Assembly: GCA_963976925.1 (NCBI GenBank)
Contig: CAXBMT010000001.1
Location: forward strand, 1 to 37,872
Direction of reading: 5' to 3'
Origin: an uncultured Bdellovibrionales bacterium
GTDB lineage: Bacteria > Bdellovibrionota > Bacteriovoracia > Bacteriovoracales > Bacteriovoracaceae
Length of the DNA: 37,872 nt
In this document: one piece after another, positions 17,060 to 26,732 of the stretch
Numbering within the stretch: the first letter of the stretch is position 1
Layout of the letters: each line of letters starts with the position of its first letter
Position numbers and translations under genes: made by a program
Notes under the pieces: generated by a model
Seen by the model: only the letters and a program-made list of their open reading frames with translations
Databases searched by the model: none
What the model was told of the DNA's origin: nothing

Positions 17060-17779
17060 ATGGCTGTTTTAATCACATTTGAAGATTCAGGCACTTACGC
17101 ACCGATTCGACTATCAAGTATACCAATGATCCTAGGCAGAAGCTCTAAGGCTGGTTTAAAGCTTAATGACGGGATGTGTAGTGGACAGCATGTTAGCATC
17201 CAATTAGCAGCTGACGGCAATGTAATTGTGACTGACCTAAGTTCAACAAATGGTACTTATATTAACGAAACGCTGGTTTCAATGGCGTCTAAACTCTTTG
17301 TTGGAGATGTTGTCAGAATAGGTGACACGAAGTTTTCGATTGATGAGAGTTCACTGACTCCAAAGGAAAAGTCTGTTCTTGTATCAGATACAAATAAAAC
17401 ATCTTTTACGACGATTGGTCTTCCCTCAGACTCTAATGAGGCATTTGATAATGCCAAAAAAGCACGCTTAAAGGCTACAGGCCGTAAGGATGAAGCCAAA
17501 GAAAATAATGAAGTTAGTGAGATCGTGATCGACGATCTAGATTCTCCGCCTAAGAATGACAAACTTGCAATGGTCACTAATGACGAAAATGATGAGGCAA
17601 TGTTTGAACTCGGTGAAAGCTCTGGCAAAACAAAAATGATCAAGCTCGATAAGATTCAACCAAGTAGAAAAAAAGCTCCCCCCAAAAAGGCGGGGGCACA
17701 CGCGAAAAAGAAGAGCCTAGAAAAAGAAAGTTCAGGTGGGTTTATGTCAAAAGTTAAAGGTTTGTTTAATAAAGACTAA
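17060..17779 (+). CDS. FHA domain protein with a Lys-rich C-terminal tail
   Basis: PMILGRSSKAGLKLNDGMCSGQHVSIQL...VTDLSSTNGTYINETLV...VGDVVRIGDTKFSI contains the FHA G-R...S-xx-H...S-x-NGT pattern. The C-terminus reads KKAPPKKAGAHAKKKS. Confidence 0.85.
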   Translation: MAVLITFEDSGTYAPIRLSSIPMILGRSSKAGLKLNDGMCSGQHVSIQLAADGNVIVTDLSSTNGTYINETLVSMASKLFVGDVVRIGDTKFSIDESSLTPKEKSVLVSDTNKTSFTTIGLPSDSNEAFDNAKKARLKATGRKDEAKENNEVSEIVIDDLDSPPKNDKLAMVTNDENDEAMFELGESSGKTKMIKLDKIQPSRKKAPPKKAGAHAKKKSLEKESSGGFMSKVKGLFNKD

Positions 17780-18330
17780 GGCTTCCAAATTTCTTCTGGT
17801 TGACCAGACTCATTTACCAATGTCCTAGCAACAACAAATAAATAATCAGAAAGACGGTTAATATAGATAAGATGGATATCCTTAAGATCTCCAGGATGAA
17901 CTTTGTGGAAGGCGACAAAGTTACGCTCAACTCTTCTGCAAACGGTACGCGCAACATGGGCATGAGCAGCCCCATGAGTTCCAGTTGGTAGAACGAAGTT
18001 CTTAAGTACTGGAAGCTTTGAAGTCATTTCATCAATCGCAGCCTCAAGTTCACTGACGTGTTCCTCATTTAAGTCAGGCAGATTAAACTTTGATCTCTCT
18101 TCAGGCTCGCATGCCATTTGGCTTCCAAGATCAAAAAGTCTTGATTGAATATTTTTTAAAACATTAAACTGTGAGAAGTTTTTTTCTGTATAAGCTCTTA
18201 TAAGTCCAACATGAGAATTTAGCTCATCGACTTCACCATATAACGAAATTCTGAGGTCAGCCTTAAGAACTCGCGTCCCGCCAAGAAGACCTGTTAAACC
18301 CTTATCGCCAGTTTTAGTATAAAGTTTCAT
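17776..18330 (-). CDS. ATP:cob(I)alamin adenosyltransferase, PduO/MMAB type
   Basis: MKLYTKTGDKGLTGLLGGTRVLKADLRISLYGEVDELNSHVGL is the canonical PduO-type N-terminus. The ATG overlaps the icmF stop (TAATG). Confidence 0.9.
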   Translation of the reverse strand: MKLYTKTGDKGLTGLLGGTRVLKADLRISLYGEVDELNSHVGLIRAYTEKNFSQFNVLKNIQSRLFDLGSQMACEPEERSKFNLPDLNEEHVSELEAAIDEMTSKLPVLKNFVLPTGTHGAAHAHVARTVCRRVERNFVAFHKVHPGDLKDIHLIYINRLSDYLFVVARTLVNESGQPEEIWKP

Positions 18331-21300
18331 TACATATTCCTTCTGTAGCGACCACCAACTTCATAAAGGACTGATGTAACCTGTCCAAGAGAACAGTAGT
18401 TAACTGTTTTTAATAGTTCTTCAAAAACGTTTTCACCATTTAAGCATACTTCTCTTAGTTTATTTAATGCTTCTGTGGATGAACTAGAATTTTTGTCTTT
18501 AAACTTTTCAAGCCTAAAGATTTGATCCTTCTTCTCTTCATCAGAACATCTGGATAGTTCTATTTCTTGGTTAAATTGATCATCAATATTGTCGGCAATA
18601 TAGGTATTAACACCAATGATTGGCAGCTCACCAGAATCTTTAAGTGTCTCGTAGTAAAGTGACTCTTCTTGAATTTTGCCGCGTTGATACATCGACTCCA
18701 TGGCACCAAGCACGCCGCCCTTATCAGAGATATTTTCAAATTCAGACAAGATAGCCTCTTCAACAATATCTGTAAGCTCTTCTACTAAGTAGGCACCCTG
18801 AAGAGGGTTATCTGTCTTATTCATTCCAAATTCACGGTTGATAATCATCTGAATCGCCATCGCACGTCTTACTGACTCCTCAGTAGGCGTAGTAATCGCC
18901 TCGTCGTAAGCATTTGTGTGAAGAGAGTTACAATTATCAGAAAGAGCAATAAAAGCCTGAAGAGTTGTTCTAATGTCATTAAAGTCTATTTCTTGCGCGT
19001 GCAGTGATCGACCAGAAGTTTGAATATGATACTTAAACTTCTGACTTTTTGGATTTGCGCCATACTTGTCACGAAGAGTTACGGCCCATATCTTTCTAGC
19101 AACTCTTCCAATCACTGTATATTCCGGATCTAGGCCATTGCTAAAGAAGAAAGATAGGTTGTCGCAGAAGTCATCAATATTTAGACCACGTGATAAATAA
19201 TATTCAACAAAGGTAAATCCGTTAGAAAGTGTGAACGCCGTTTGAGTTATAGGGTTAGCACCTGCTTCGGCGATATGATATCCAGATATTGATACTGTAT
19301 AATAATTCTTAATAGCGTTTTTACAGAAGAATTCCTGAACATCACCCATAAGCTTAAGGGCAAACTCCAAAGAGAAGATACAAGTGTTCTGCGCTTGATC
19401 TTCTTTTAATATATCTGCCTGAACTGTGCCTCGCACCTGGCGCATGACTTCAACCATTTTAGTCATATCATGAAGGTCGCTGCCATCAAGTTTTTGTCTT
19501 GCAGCTGCGTTCATAAAGAAAGCTAAGATAATTGGTGCCGGTCCATTAATTGTCATTGATACCGATGTCTGTGGGCTTGTTAGATCAAAGCCACTAAACA
19601 ACAGCTCCATGTCTTCAACAGTTGCTATAGACACTCCGGCCTCTCCAACCTTGCCGAAGATATCTGGTCTTAAGTCTGGATCTTCACCGTATAAAGTTAC
19701 CGAATCAAAAGCTGTTGATAAACGTTTTGCAGTATCGTTTTGTGATAGGTAGTGAAAACGCTTGTTGGTTCTAGCTGGTCCACCTTCTCCGGCGAACATT
19801 CTCTTGGGATCTTCATCTGCGCGTTTAAAAGGAAAGATACCTTGCGAGTATGGAAAAAAGCCCGGAAGGTTTTGCTTTCCTATAAAGCGGTACTTATCTG
19901 CAAGAGAGCTAAACTTTGGGGTTGCAACTTTGGGAAGGTCTAAGCCAGACAAGGATTTATATTTTGATGGCACCTTGATCTGTTTTCCGCGAACCTCGTA
20001 AATATATTCGCCACTGTCATATTGCTTAATAGTATCATCGAAGATCTGTACTTCATCTAAGCAATTTGCAGGAAGCGCATCTTTGATGACTCTGGCTTTT
20101 TCTGTAATTTCTTTATTCTTTGGTAAAATCTTTTGAGCTTCATTCAATGCTTGAAACTCACCAAGCTTTTGAGCCGTTTGTTCTACAGAATTATTATAGT
20201 CACGCACACTTGATGATAATTCTCTTAAATACAAGCTTCTCGCAGGAGGAATAATCGCATCCTTAACTCTCGAGGCTTTCTCGCAAATCATTCCATGCAA
20301 GCGCTCAGACTCAAAGTCGAATGAAGTTACAATGTCTTTAAAGAGTGAGTTCACACCCACGTCATTAAACTTACTGGCCATTGTGCCATACACTGGTAAT
20401 CCATCATCGTCAGGTGAACCTGGATGACCGGCGAAGAGATTATGATTTCTACGGTATTGTTTTCTGATATCTCGAAGAGCATCTTCAGAGCGTGGTTTTT
20501 CAAACTTATTAAGAATAATAAAGTCTGCGACCTCAAGCATTTCAATTTTTTCTAGTTGTGTGGCGGCTCCATATTCTGGAGTCATTACATAAGCGCACTT
20601 GTCAGCAACTTTTGTAATTTCATCGCTAGCCTGACCGATTCCTGAAGTTTCAATAATGACTAAAGAGAAATCTTGATTTCTTAAAAACTTTGTTACGTTT
20701 TTGATTTGTGGAGATAACTCAGTATTTGAATCTCTCGTCGCCAAAGATCTGACATAAAACTGAGAGTAAACTGAGCTTCCTAAACGAATTCTATCTCCTA
20801 GAAGTGCTCCTTGAGTTTTTTTCTTAGTCGGATCAACTGAAACAAGTGCAATTTTTTTATCTGGATAAATTCTGTTAAATCTTAATAGCAGTTCATCTAT
20901 CAAGGATGATTTACCTGCTCCCCCTGTTCCGGTAATACCTAAAACTGGAACATTTGATTTCTCATCACTTAAATTTATATCAATACCATTCTCAATGGCC
21001 GAGACAACTTTACCAATTGTTCTTGCATCTAGATTTTTGGCACTTATTTTTGAAAAGTCGAAACCATCCAACGTATCGTGATCAGCTCGTTCGAGCATAT
21101 TGTCGATGATGCCAACTAAACCTAGCTTCATTCCATCTTCAGGTGAATAAATCCTAGTAATGCCTTTTTCATGCAGAGCTTTGATTTCTTTGGGAGTTAT
21201 AACTCCACCGCCGCCACCAAAGATACGAACATTGGTCGCACCAGCTTGATCGAGCAACTCACGAATATAAGCAAAGTATTCGTTATGACCACCCTGATAG

Positions 21301-21506
21301 GAGGATAATGCTACTGCATGAGCATCCTCCTGAAGAGCGGCGTCCACAACTTCTTGTGCCGATCGGTTATGACCGAGGTGTATGACTTCCGCCCCCTTAG
21401 ATTGGAGGAGTCGTCGCATAATATTAATTGAGACATCGTGGCCGTCGAAAAGACTCGCGGCCGTGACAAAACGCAGTCGCTTCACTTGAAATCCTGTGTT
21501 TACCAT
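18330..21506 (-). CDS. icmF: fused isobutyryl-CoA mutase IcmF (B12-binding domain + MeaB-like GTPase + mutase catalytic domain)
   Basis: 1058 aa. N-terminal B12 domain FVTAASLFDGHDVSINIMRR. P-loop GITGTGGAGKSS. The large C-terminal acyl-CoA mutase TIM-barrel region includes FSGFDLTSPQTSVSMTINGPAPIIL and YHIAEAGANP. Confidence 0.9.
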   Translation of the reverse strand: MVNTGFQVKRLRFVTAASLFDGHDVSINIMRRLLQSKGAEVIHLGHNRSAQEVVDAALQEDAHAVALSSYQGGHNEYFAYIRELLDQAGATNVRIFGGGGGVITPKEIKALHEKGITRIYSPEDGMKLGLVGIIDNMLERADHDTLDGFDFSKISAKNLDARTIGKVVSAIENGIDINLSDEKSNVPVLGITGTGGAGKSSLIDELLLRFNRIYPDKKIALVSVDPTKKKTQGALLGDRIRLGSSVYSQFYVRSLATRDSNTELSPQIKNVTKFLRNQDFSLVIIETSGIGQASDEITKVADKCAYVMTPEYGAATQLEKIEMLEVADFIILNKFEKPRSEDALRDIRKQYRRNHNLFAGHPGSPDDDGLPVYGTMASKFNDVGVNSLFKDIVTSFDFESERLHGMICEKASRVKDAIIPPARSLYLRELSSSVRDYNNSVEQTAQKLGEFQALNEAQKILPKNKEITEKARVIKDALPANCLDEVQIFDDTIKQYDSGEYIYEVRGKQIKVPSKYKSLSGLDLPKVATPKFSSLADKYRFIGKQNLPGFFPYSQGIFPFKRADEDPKRMFAGEGGPARTNKRFHYLSQNDTAKRLSTAFDSVTLYGEDPDLRPDIFGKVGEAGVSIATVEDMELLFSGFDLTSPQTSVSMTINGPAPIILAFFMNAAARQKLDGSDLHDMTKMVEVMRQVRGTVQADILKEDQAQNTCIFSLEFALKLMGDVQEFFCKNAIKNYYTVSISGYHIAEAGANPITQTAFTLSNGFTFVEYYLSRGLNIDDFCDNLSFFFSNGLDPEYTVIGRVARKIWAVTLRDKYGANPKSQKFKYHIQTSGRSLHAQEIDFNDIRTTLQAFIALSDNCNSLHTNAYDEAITTPTEESVRRAMAIQMIINREFGMNKTDNPLQGAYLVEELTDIVEEAILSEFENISDKGGVLGAMESMYQRGKIQEESLYYETLKDSGELPIIGVNTYIADNIDDQFNQEIELSRCSDEEKKDQIFRLEKFKDKNSSSSTEALNKLREVCLNGENVFEELLKTVNYCSLGQVTSVLYEVGGRYRRNM

Positions 21507-21619
21507 GGTTTACAGCTATGGGACTATAGCCTAAATAGACGTCGAAGCAAAATTACTTCCACCATATGTCTGAATAGGCTAAAATAGGGCGAATCAACTA
21601 GTTAAGGATATTAATCACT

Positions 21620-22066
21620 ATGAGTGATCAAACAAACGAAGAACAACCAGAAGTTATTGTTGAAAATCCATTTCACTCAGCGCGCTTTAAACCCCTGAGA
21701 AAAGGTAAAAAACCACCAAAACTTATTGCGGTGGTTCATCAAAGTGGCTGCACAGGATGCGAAGTTTGTATCGCTGGCTGCCCAGTTGATTCTATTGAGC
21801 TAGTTCCTGGTCCAAATCCAGAAAATCCAGCATTTCAGCAAACTGTTGAAATTGACCTTGCGCGATGCATTGGTTGTCAAAACTGTTCTCAAGATTGTCC
21901 TTGGGAAACAATTATGATGTATCAGCATGATGATTCTTATACTGCTTGGGCCAACGAAACACTTAAGTCGGAGCTTTATATTCCAGAAAGTAAGTTCGCT
22001 AACCTTGTAGAGAGTTATGACCTTCTTCCAAAAAAAGAAGAAGAGTCTGAAGCCAGCGAAGCTTAA
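21620..22066 (+). CDS. 2x[4Fe-4S] ferredoxin-domain protein
   Basis: Two cluster motifs, CTGCEVCIAGCP and CIGCQNCSQDCP. The C-terminal tail is acidic. Confidence 0.8.
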   Translation: MSDQTNEEQPEVIVENPFHSARFKPLRKGKKPPKLIAVVHQSGCTGCEVCIAGCPVDSIELVPGPNPENPAFQQTVEIDLARCIGCQNCSQDCPWETIMMYQHDDSYTAWANETLKSELYIPESKFANLVESYDLLPKKEEESEASEA

Positions 22067-22797
22067 TTCTTTTTTAATTTTAAAGATAAAATTATTGCTG
22101 CCATGATCATGGCAACTGATACCCATTGTGATGTTGAAAGTGGGCCATAAAATCCGCGTATTATATCGCCACGAAAGCTTTCCGTTATTATTCTTATCAA
22201 TCCATAGCCACCAAGATAACTAAGCCATACCGCTTTTTTATTTTTCACTATAGCGAACTTCCATAAAACGTAGCTCAGGAGTCCAAGTAAAAAGGTTTCA
22301 TAAAGTTGTACCGGATGTCTGTCTTGCCCATGCATATGAACAGAGAATGGAAGATCGCACTGAGTACCGTAACAGCAACCAGCTAGAAAACATCCAACTC
22401 GACCTACCGCGTGACCAATAGTCAGAGATGGTAAAATGAAATAGAGATCACTTAATTCGTATTGCTTAAAAACTTTTGAAAGTATTAAGAGCCAAGCGCC
22501 ACCGAATATAAGGCCACCGTAGAAAACAAACCCACCACCCAGCCAAAAACTAGTAGATTGTGCATAAGTCGATTGTAGCTCGCCACCAGAGACAGCAAGA
22601 AACATTAATTTTGCACCAACCCAAGAACATATCAATGCGCCCCAAAACAAAAGGTTGAATGATTTAACCTGAATATTTAGTTTAAATCGAAAGTAGTCAC
22701 TTATTCGAAATGCTAAGCCCCAGGCAAGTCCCATAAGTAGAGGATAGGCAAAAAGATTAAAACCACCCAGACTAAGGAGAAGTGGTTTCATTAACAC
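22063..22797 (-). CDS. lgt: prolipoprotein diacylglyceryl transferase
   Basis: Polytopic, with HAVGRVGCFLAGCCYG (Lgt signature) and HPVQLYE. The start may be the ATG at 22791 rather than the GTG at 22797. It overlaps the lspA 3' end. Confidence 0.9.
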   Translation of the reverse strand: MLMKPLLLSLGGFNLFAYPLLMGLAWGLAFRISDYFRFKLNIQVKSFNLLFWGALICSWVGAKLMFLAVSGGELQSTYAQSTSFWLGGGFVFYGGLIFGGAWLLILSKVFKQYELSDLYFILPSLTIGHAVGRVGCFLAGCCYGTQCDLPFSVHMHGQDRHPVQLYETFLLGLLSYVLWKFAIVKNKKAVWLSYLGGYGLIRIITESFRGDIIRGFYGPLSTSQWVSVAMIMAAIILSLKLKKN

Positions 22798-23284
22798 CTT
22801 CTCTTTCTTTTTTAATTTGAATTAAAAAATCAATGATAATAAGAACTGCGGCGATTGAGATTGCACTATCGGCAACGTTAAAGGCTGGAAAGTGACTTTG
22901 CCCGATATAGAAGTCTAAAAAATCTACAACGTAATTTAAAGAAAACCTGTCTATCAAGTTACCAACAGCTCCAGCAAAAATTAATGAATAGGCACAACAT
23001 AATAGTGCATTGGTTTTTCTAGTTGTCCAAATAAGCCAAATAAGCCAAAAGCACGCTAGCACAGGAAGAGCTAAGAAAAATATTGCACGAAGAGTGTCGT
23101 GAGCGTTGGCTCCCATACCAAAAGCAGCGCCCGGGTTTCGAACGTAAGTAAGATTAAATAGTCCGTCTATAATCGGAATACTCTCACCATGGTAAAAGTT
23201 AGACTGCACGGCACCTTTGGTGAACTGATCCACCAAGATAATTGCCGTAATCATTAAACTCATAGACCAAATTCTTTGCATCAA
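22772..23284 (-). CDS. lspA: lipoprotein signal peptidase II
   Basis: Contains VRNPGAAFG, GNLIDR and FPAFNVADSAI (the two catalytic Asp regions). Confidence 0.9.
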   Translation of the reverse strand: MMQRIWSMSLMITAIILVDQFTKGAVQSNFYHGESIPIIDGLFNLTYVRNPGAAFGMGANAHDTLRAIFFLALPVLACFWLIWLIWTTRKTNALLCCAYSLIFAGAVGNLIDRFSLNYVVDFLDFYIGQSHFPAFNVADSAISIAAVLIIIDFLIQIKKEREGVNETTSP

Positions 23285-23290
23285 TAAAGC

Positions 23291-24781
23291 CTAATAGAAT
23301 TCTTTTGGGTTAATTTCATATTTTTCAATTTTTCTAAGCAAAGTCTTTTTAGGGATATTGGCTTTTAATGCCGTTTGGTTAATTTTGCCTTTATTAAACT
23401 TGAGCGCATGAAGAATAAATTCTTTTTCAAATTTATCTTTAGCCGCCTGAAAGTCCATTGTTACACCGTCTTTTTCATCAACAGTGGCAAAGGTAAACTT
23501 ATAGGCTGAAGTTTCTTCTTCTGTTCGCTCTTGATCTAAAACAGAGTCCTTAATACCTTTAAAGTCGATTGGTGACTCTTCTTCGGTTTCTTCAGTCGTA
23601 GACGAAGCCGCACCTTTTTTCACTACTTCTGGCAAAGATGAAAGGTGGATTTGTTCAGAGCTCTCTATAATGAAAGCGTGTTCAATCACATTTCTAAGTT
23701 CACGAATATTTCCAGGCCAAGCGTATCCTTTCAGTTGTGCAAGGGCTTCATCTGTTGGCCCCTTAATGTTTAATCCATGAATTCCGTTGAAGTATTTAAC
23801 GTAGTAGTCAACAAGATGACCAATATCTGCTTGGCGTTCACGAAGTGGTGGAAGATAAACAGGCAGAACATTCAAGCGATAAAACAAGTCTTCTCTAAAG
23901 CGACCGTCTTTAATCATTTCTTCAAATGGCTTATGTGATGCTGCAATAATTCTAACATCAACTTTAATATCTCTATTACTGCCTACTGGTGTAAATATTC
24001 TCTCTTGTAAGACTCTTAAAAGTTTAACCTGCATCGTTGGGGATACATCTCCAATCTCATCTAAGAAGAGTGTTCCACCATCAGCGTATTGAAACTTACC
24101 AATCTTTCTCTCGCTTGCACCAGTGAAGGCACCCTTCTCATGTCCAAAGAGTTCTGACTCAATCAAATTATCTGGAATAGCAGCGAGGTTAATAGTTACA
24201 AACTTCTCATCTTTTCTTGGGCCATTATAGTGAATCGCTTTTGCGACGAGTTCCTTACCAGTACCACTCTCTCCACGAATTAATACTGGTGTATTAACTT
24301 GAGCAAGCTTACTGATAACGTTGAAGACTTTTTTCATCACGTCTGACTCACCAACAAATTTATCTTCACTCTTACCAAGTGATAAAGTCGGTGCAGAAAA
24401 CAATGATGTTTCAACAAGTGATCTTGCTTTAAGAGCACGTTTAATAAGTGCGACTAAGTTTTCTGAAGAGATTGGCTTTTCTAGATAATTATATGCGCCC
24501 TCTTTAACAACTTTAACTGCGTCTGAAACATTTGAGTAAGCCGTTAAGATTAGAACGATTATCGAAGGGTCATATTTTTTTATATGAGTTAAGGCTTCAA
24601 TACCATCCATCTCTGGCATATTGACGTCCATAACAACAAGGTCATACTTTTGTCTTGTTACAGCATTTAAAGCTTCTTTTCCGTTATCTGCCACATCAAC
24701 AAAGAAGTGGTGAAACTCTAAAGCTTTCTTGACGGAATCTTGTAAGACTTTGTCGTCGTCAACAACTAGTACTCGATGCAT
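23291..24781 (-). CDS. sigma54-dependent response regulator (NtrC family: REC + AAA+ + Fis-type HTH)
   Basis: REC domain VLVVDDD...DLVVMDVNMPEMDG. Walker A GESGTGKE. The sigma54-contact loop GAFTGA is present. C-terminal HTH NQTALKANIPKKTLLRKIEKY. An acidic linker precedes the HTH. Confidence 0.9.
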   Translation of the reverse strand: MHRVLVVDDDKVLQDSVKKALEFHHFFVDVADNGKEALNAVTRQKYDLVVMDVNMPEMDGIEALTHIKKYDPSIIVLILTAYSNVSDAVKVVKEGAYNYLEKPISSENLVALIKRALKARSLVETSLFSAPTLSLGKSEDKFVGESDVMKKVFNVISKLAQVNTPVLIRGESGTGKELVAKAIHYNGPRKDEKFVTINLAAIPDNLIESELFGHEKGAFTGASERKIGKFQYADGGTLFLDEIGDVSPTMQVKLLRVLQERIFTPVGSNRDIKVDVRIIAASHKPFEEMIKDGRFREDLFYRLNVLPVYLPPLRERQADIGHLVDYYVKYFNGIHGLNIKGPTDEALAQLKGYAWPGNIRELRNVIEHAFIIESSEQIHLSSLPEVVKKGAASSTTEETEEESPIDFKGIKDSVLDQERTEEETSAYKFTFATVDEKDGVTMDFQAAKDKFEKEFILHALKFNKGKINQTALKANIPKKTLLRKIEKYEINPKEFY

Positions 24782-24815
24782 GATATCGCTCCAAATAGGT
24801 TTGAATCTAACCTAA

Positions 24816-26732
24816 CTATTTATTGATCAATTTTACAGTAAAATTAGTCCCTTGTCCTAGTTTAGAGCTGGCGGAAATTGTTCCGCCATGTAACTCGACA
24901 AAGTATTTTACTAAATAGAGACCTAAACCTGTGCCTTTAATACTATGACTAGCGTCATTTTTAACCCGATAGAACTTATCAAAAATATGCTCTAAGTCAT
25001 CTTCAGGTATGCCAACACCGTTATCTGAGATTTCTACAGTTACCCAATTATCATCATCCCAAGTTTTAATACTTACGATTGAATTTTCACCTGAGTATTT
25101 CAATGCATTTTCTATAAGATTTGATAGAACTCGCTTGATTAGAACCATATCAACTTCAATCGGATAAAGAGGAGCCAGCTCAGCCTCAACCTTTATACTT
25201 TTTTGGTTCGCTTCATATCTAAGTTCATCAATAATTCCTTTAACAATAGAATTTATATCCTTACTCACCTTATTTAAGGCTAAGTTTTGAGATTCAATTT
25301 TAGTTAAGTCGAGAATCGATGTAATAAACTTATTAAGCTCTTTGGTTGAATCAATAATATTATGAAGACCCTTAGTGACTTCGACATTTCCTTTTGCGTC
25401 CTGCAAAGTCACATCAGCAATACCCGCTATTTTTGCAACGGGTGTTTTTAAGTCATGACTCATTAAACTAATGAAGTTTTGCTTTAGGCTTTCAACTTTC
25501 TTTAAAAGCTTTGCTTCTTCTTGAATAGCGTAACGTCTCTGATATTCTCCAATTGCTCTAAATGGCACCCAGATATAATAGACTACAAAGATTGTTAAAA
25601 CTAAGTGAGTTACATAGAGCCATAGGCCGAAGAAGCAGAAAATAAGATAACTAAAAACAAGAATAACCATCATCGTCATAATGGTTATTAACAATCCTTT
25701 GGTTGGTCTTACTTTTGAAATAATAATTGAGAGACCTACCGCAACCAACAAGCTAAGTGCATAAGTTACCCACCTGGGTATTGCATAGACAGTCTTGTCA
25801 TGAACCAGAGCTTGCATCAACTGAGAATGGAGCGCCAACTTTGGTGCCTTGAACTCCTCTTTGTTAAAAGGAGTTAAAACGTAGTCGGCAACATTAGATA
25901 AGTAGGATGGACCCACTAAAACAATTTTATCTGTAAAGTAACCCTTAGGGAAAAGTCCGACTCTTACTTTATGAAAGTTTATAGTTTTGATTCTTCCCTT
26001 ACCTTCAACGGGAGTTTCTCCAAAACGATACATAGCAAATGTAGCATCGGCCTTACTTGTATAATAGGAACCAAAGACTTCAGTTGCTCCAAGAGCTTGA
26101 TCCCCTCTAGACTCTCTAAAACGATTGGCCGTCCAAAGGTGTAGCGAATCTTCTCCTGATATATTTAAAATCATTCGCCTAGAGACATCGTCCTTAGCAA
26201 AGGCTGCATTATCTACGTTGATCAAAGCGAGTGAGTAACCAAGGCTTCGAAGATCTCTAGGTGGTATTTGTTCTCCCCAAGCATCCATTTCGGTACCAAA
26301 ACGGAAGAAGCCACCTTTTTCTATATAACCCTCAATTTCTGATCTCATGTTCTTAAGATCTTCTTCATCTCTTAACGATTCAGGCTCACCCATAGAAATT
26401 AAGTAATTAACGATCTTGGGTTTGTCTTGGAATAGCCTCGAGAGCATTCCCTCATGTGTCGCATATGTATAGGGATAGTTTTCCCCAAGATACTCATCAC
26501 TTTCTTCATCAAGAGTAATTAAAACAATATCGTCTCGAAACCAGTTTCCAAAATCATAGCGAACCCTAAGGTCATAAAAAATTGCCTCAAGCGGAGAGAA
26601 AGAATATTGAAAAAGGATGACGACAAAAATAACTGTAAATATCAGAGGGTAATATTTTGCAAAGTCCCATGTTTTCTTTTTGATCTTATCGAGCATACTA
26701 CCTACTGAGAATTGCTTCATTTGTTGACCCAA
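24816..26732 (-). CDS. sensor histidine kinase with N-terminal CHASE2-like extracytoplasmic domain
   Basis: There is one TM segment, a domain of about 300 aa beginning LEAIFYDLRVRY...DDIVLITLDEESDEYLGENYPY (CHASE2 pattern), then three TM segments. H-box SLMSHDLKTP. N/G boxes NLIENALKY, DNGVGIP and GTGLGL. Confidence 0.82.
   Translation of the reverse strand: MGQQMKQFSVGSMLDKIKKKTWDFAKYYPLIFTVIFVVILFQYSFSPLEAIFYDLRVRYDFGNWFRDDIVLITLDEESDEYLGENYPYTYATHEGMLSRLFQDKPKIVNYLISMGEPESLRDEEDLKNMRSEIEGYIEKGGFFRFGTEMDAWGEQIPPRDLRSLGYSLALINVDNAAFAKDDVSRRMILNISGEDSLHLWTANRFRESRGDQALGATEVFGSYYTSKADATFAMYRFGETPVEGKGRIKTINFHKVRVGLFPKGYFTDKIVLVGPSYLSNVADYVLTPFNKEEFKAPKLALHSQLMQALVHDKTVYAIPRWVTYALSLLVAVGLSIIISKVRPTKGLLITIMTMMVILVFSYLIFCFFGLWLYVTHLVLTIFVVYYIWVPFRAIGEYQRRYAIQEEAKLLKKVESLKQNFISLMSHDLKTPVAKIAGIADVTLQDAKGNVEVTKGLHNIIDSTKELNKFITSILDLTKIESQNLALNKVSKDINSIVKGIIDELRYEANQKSIKVEAELAPLYPIEVDMVLIKRVLSNLIENALKYSGENSIVSIKTWDDDNWVTVEISDNGVGIPEDDLEHIFDKFYRVKNDASHSIKGTGLGLYLVKYFVELHGGTISASSKLGQGTNFTVKLINK

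Noticed and set aside
21526-21581. An inverted 7-bp match (ATAGCCTA ... TAGGCTA) in the icmF/ferredoxin divergent region, considered as a possible operator. A cobalamin riboswitch upstream of icmF was also considered.
   Set aside because: The repeat is only 7 bp with a spacer of about 40 nt, which is expected by chance. The 113-nt spacer is too short for a cobalamin riboswitch and lacks any B12-box-like sequence.
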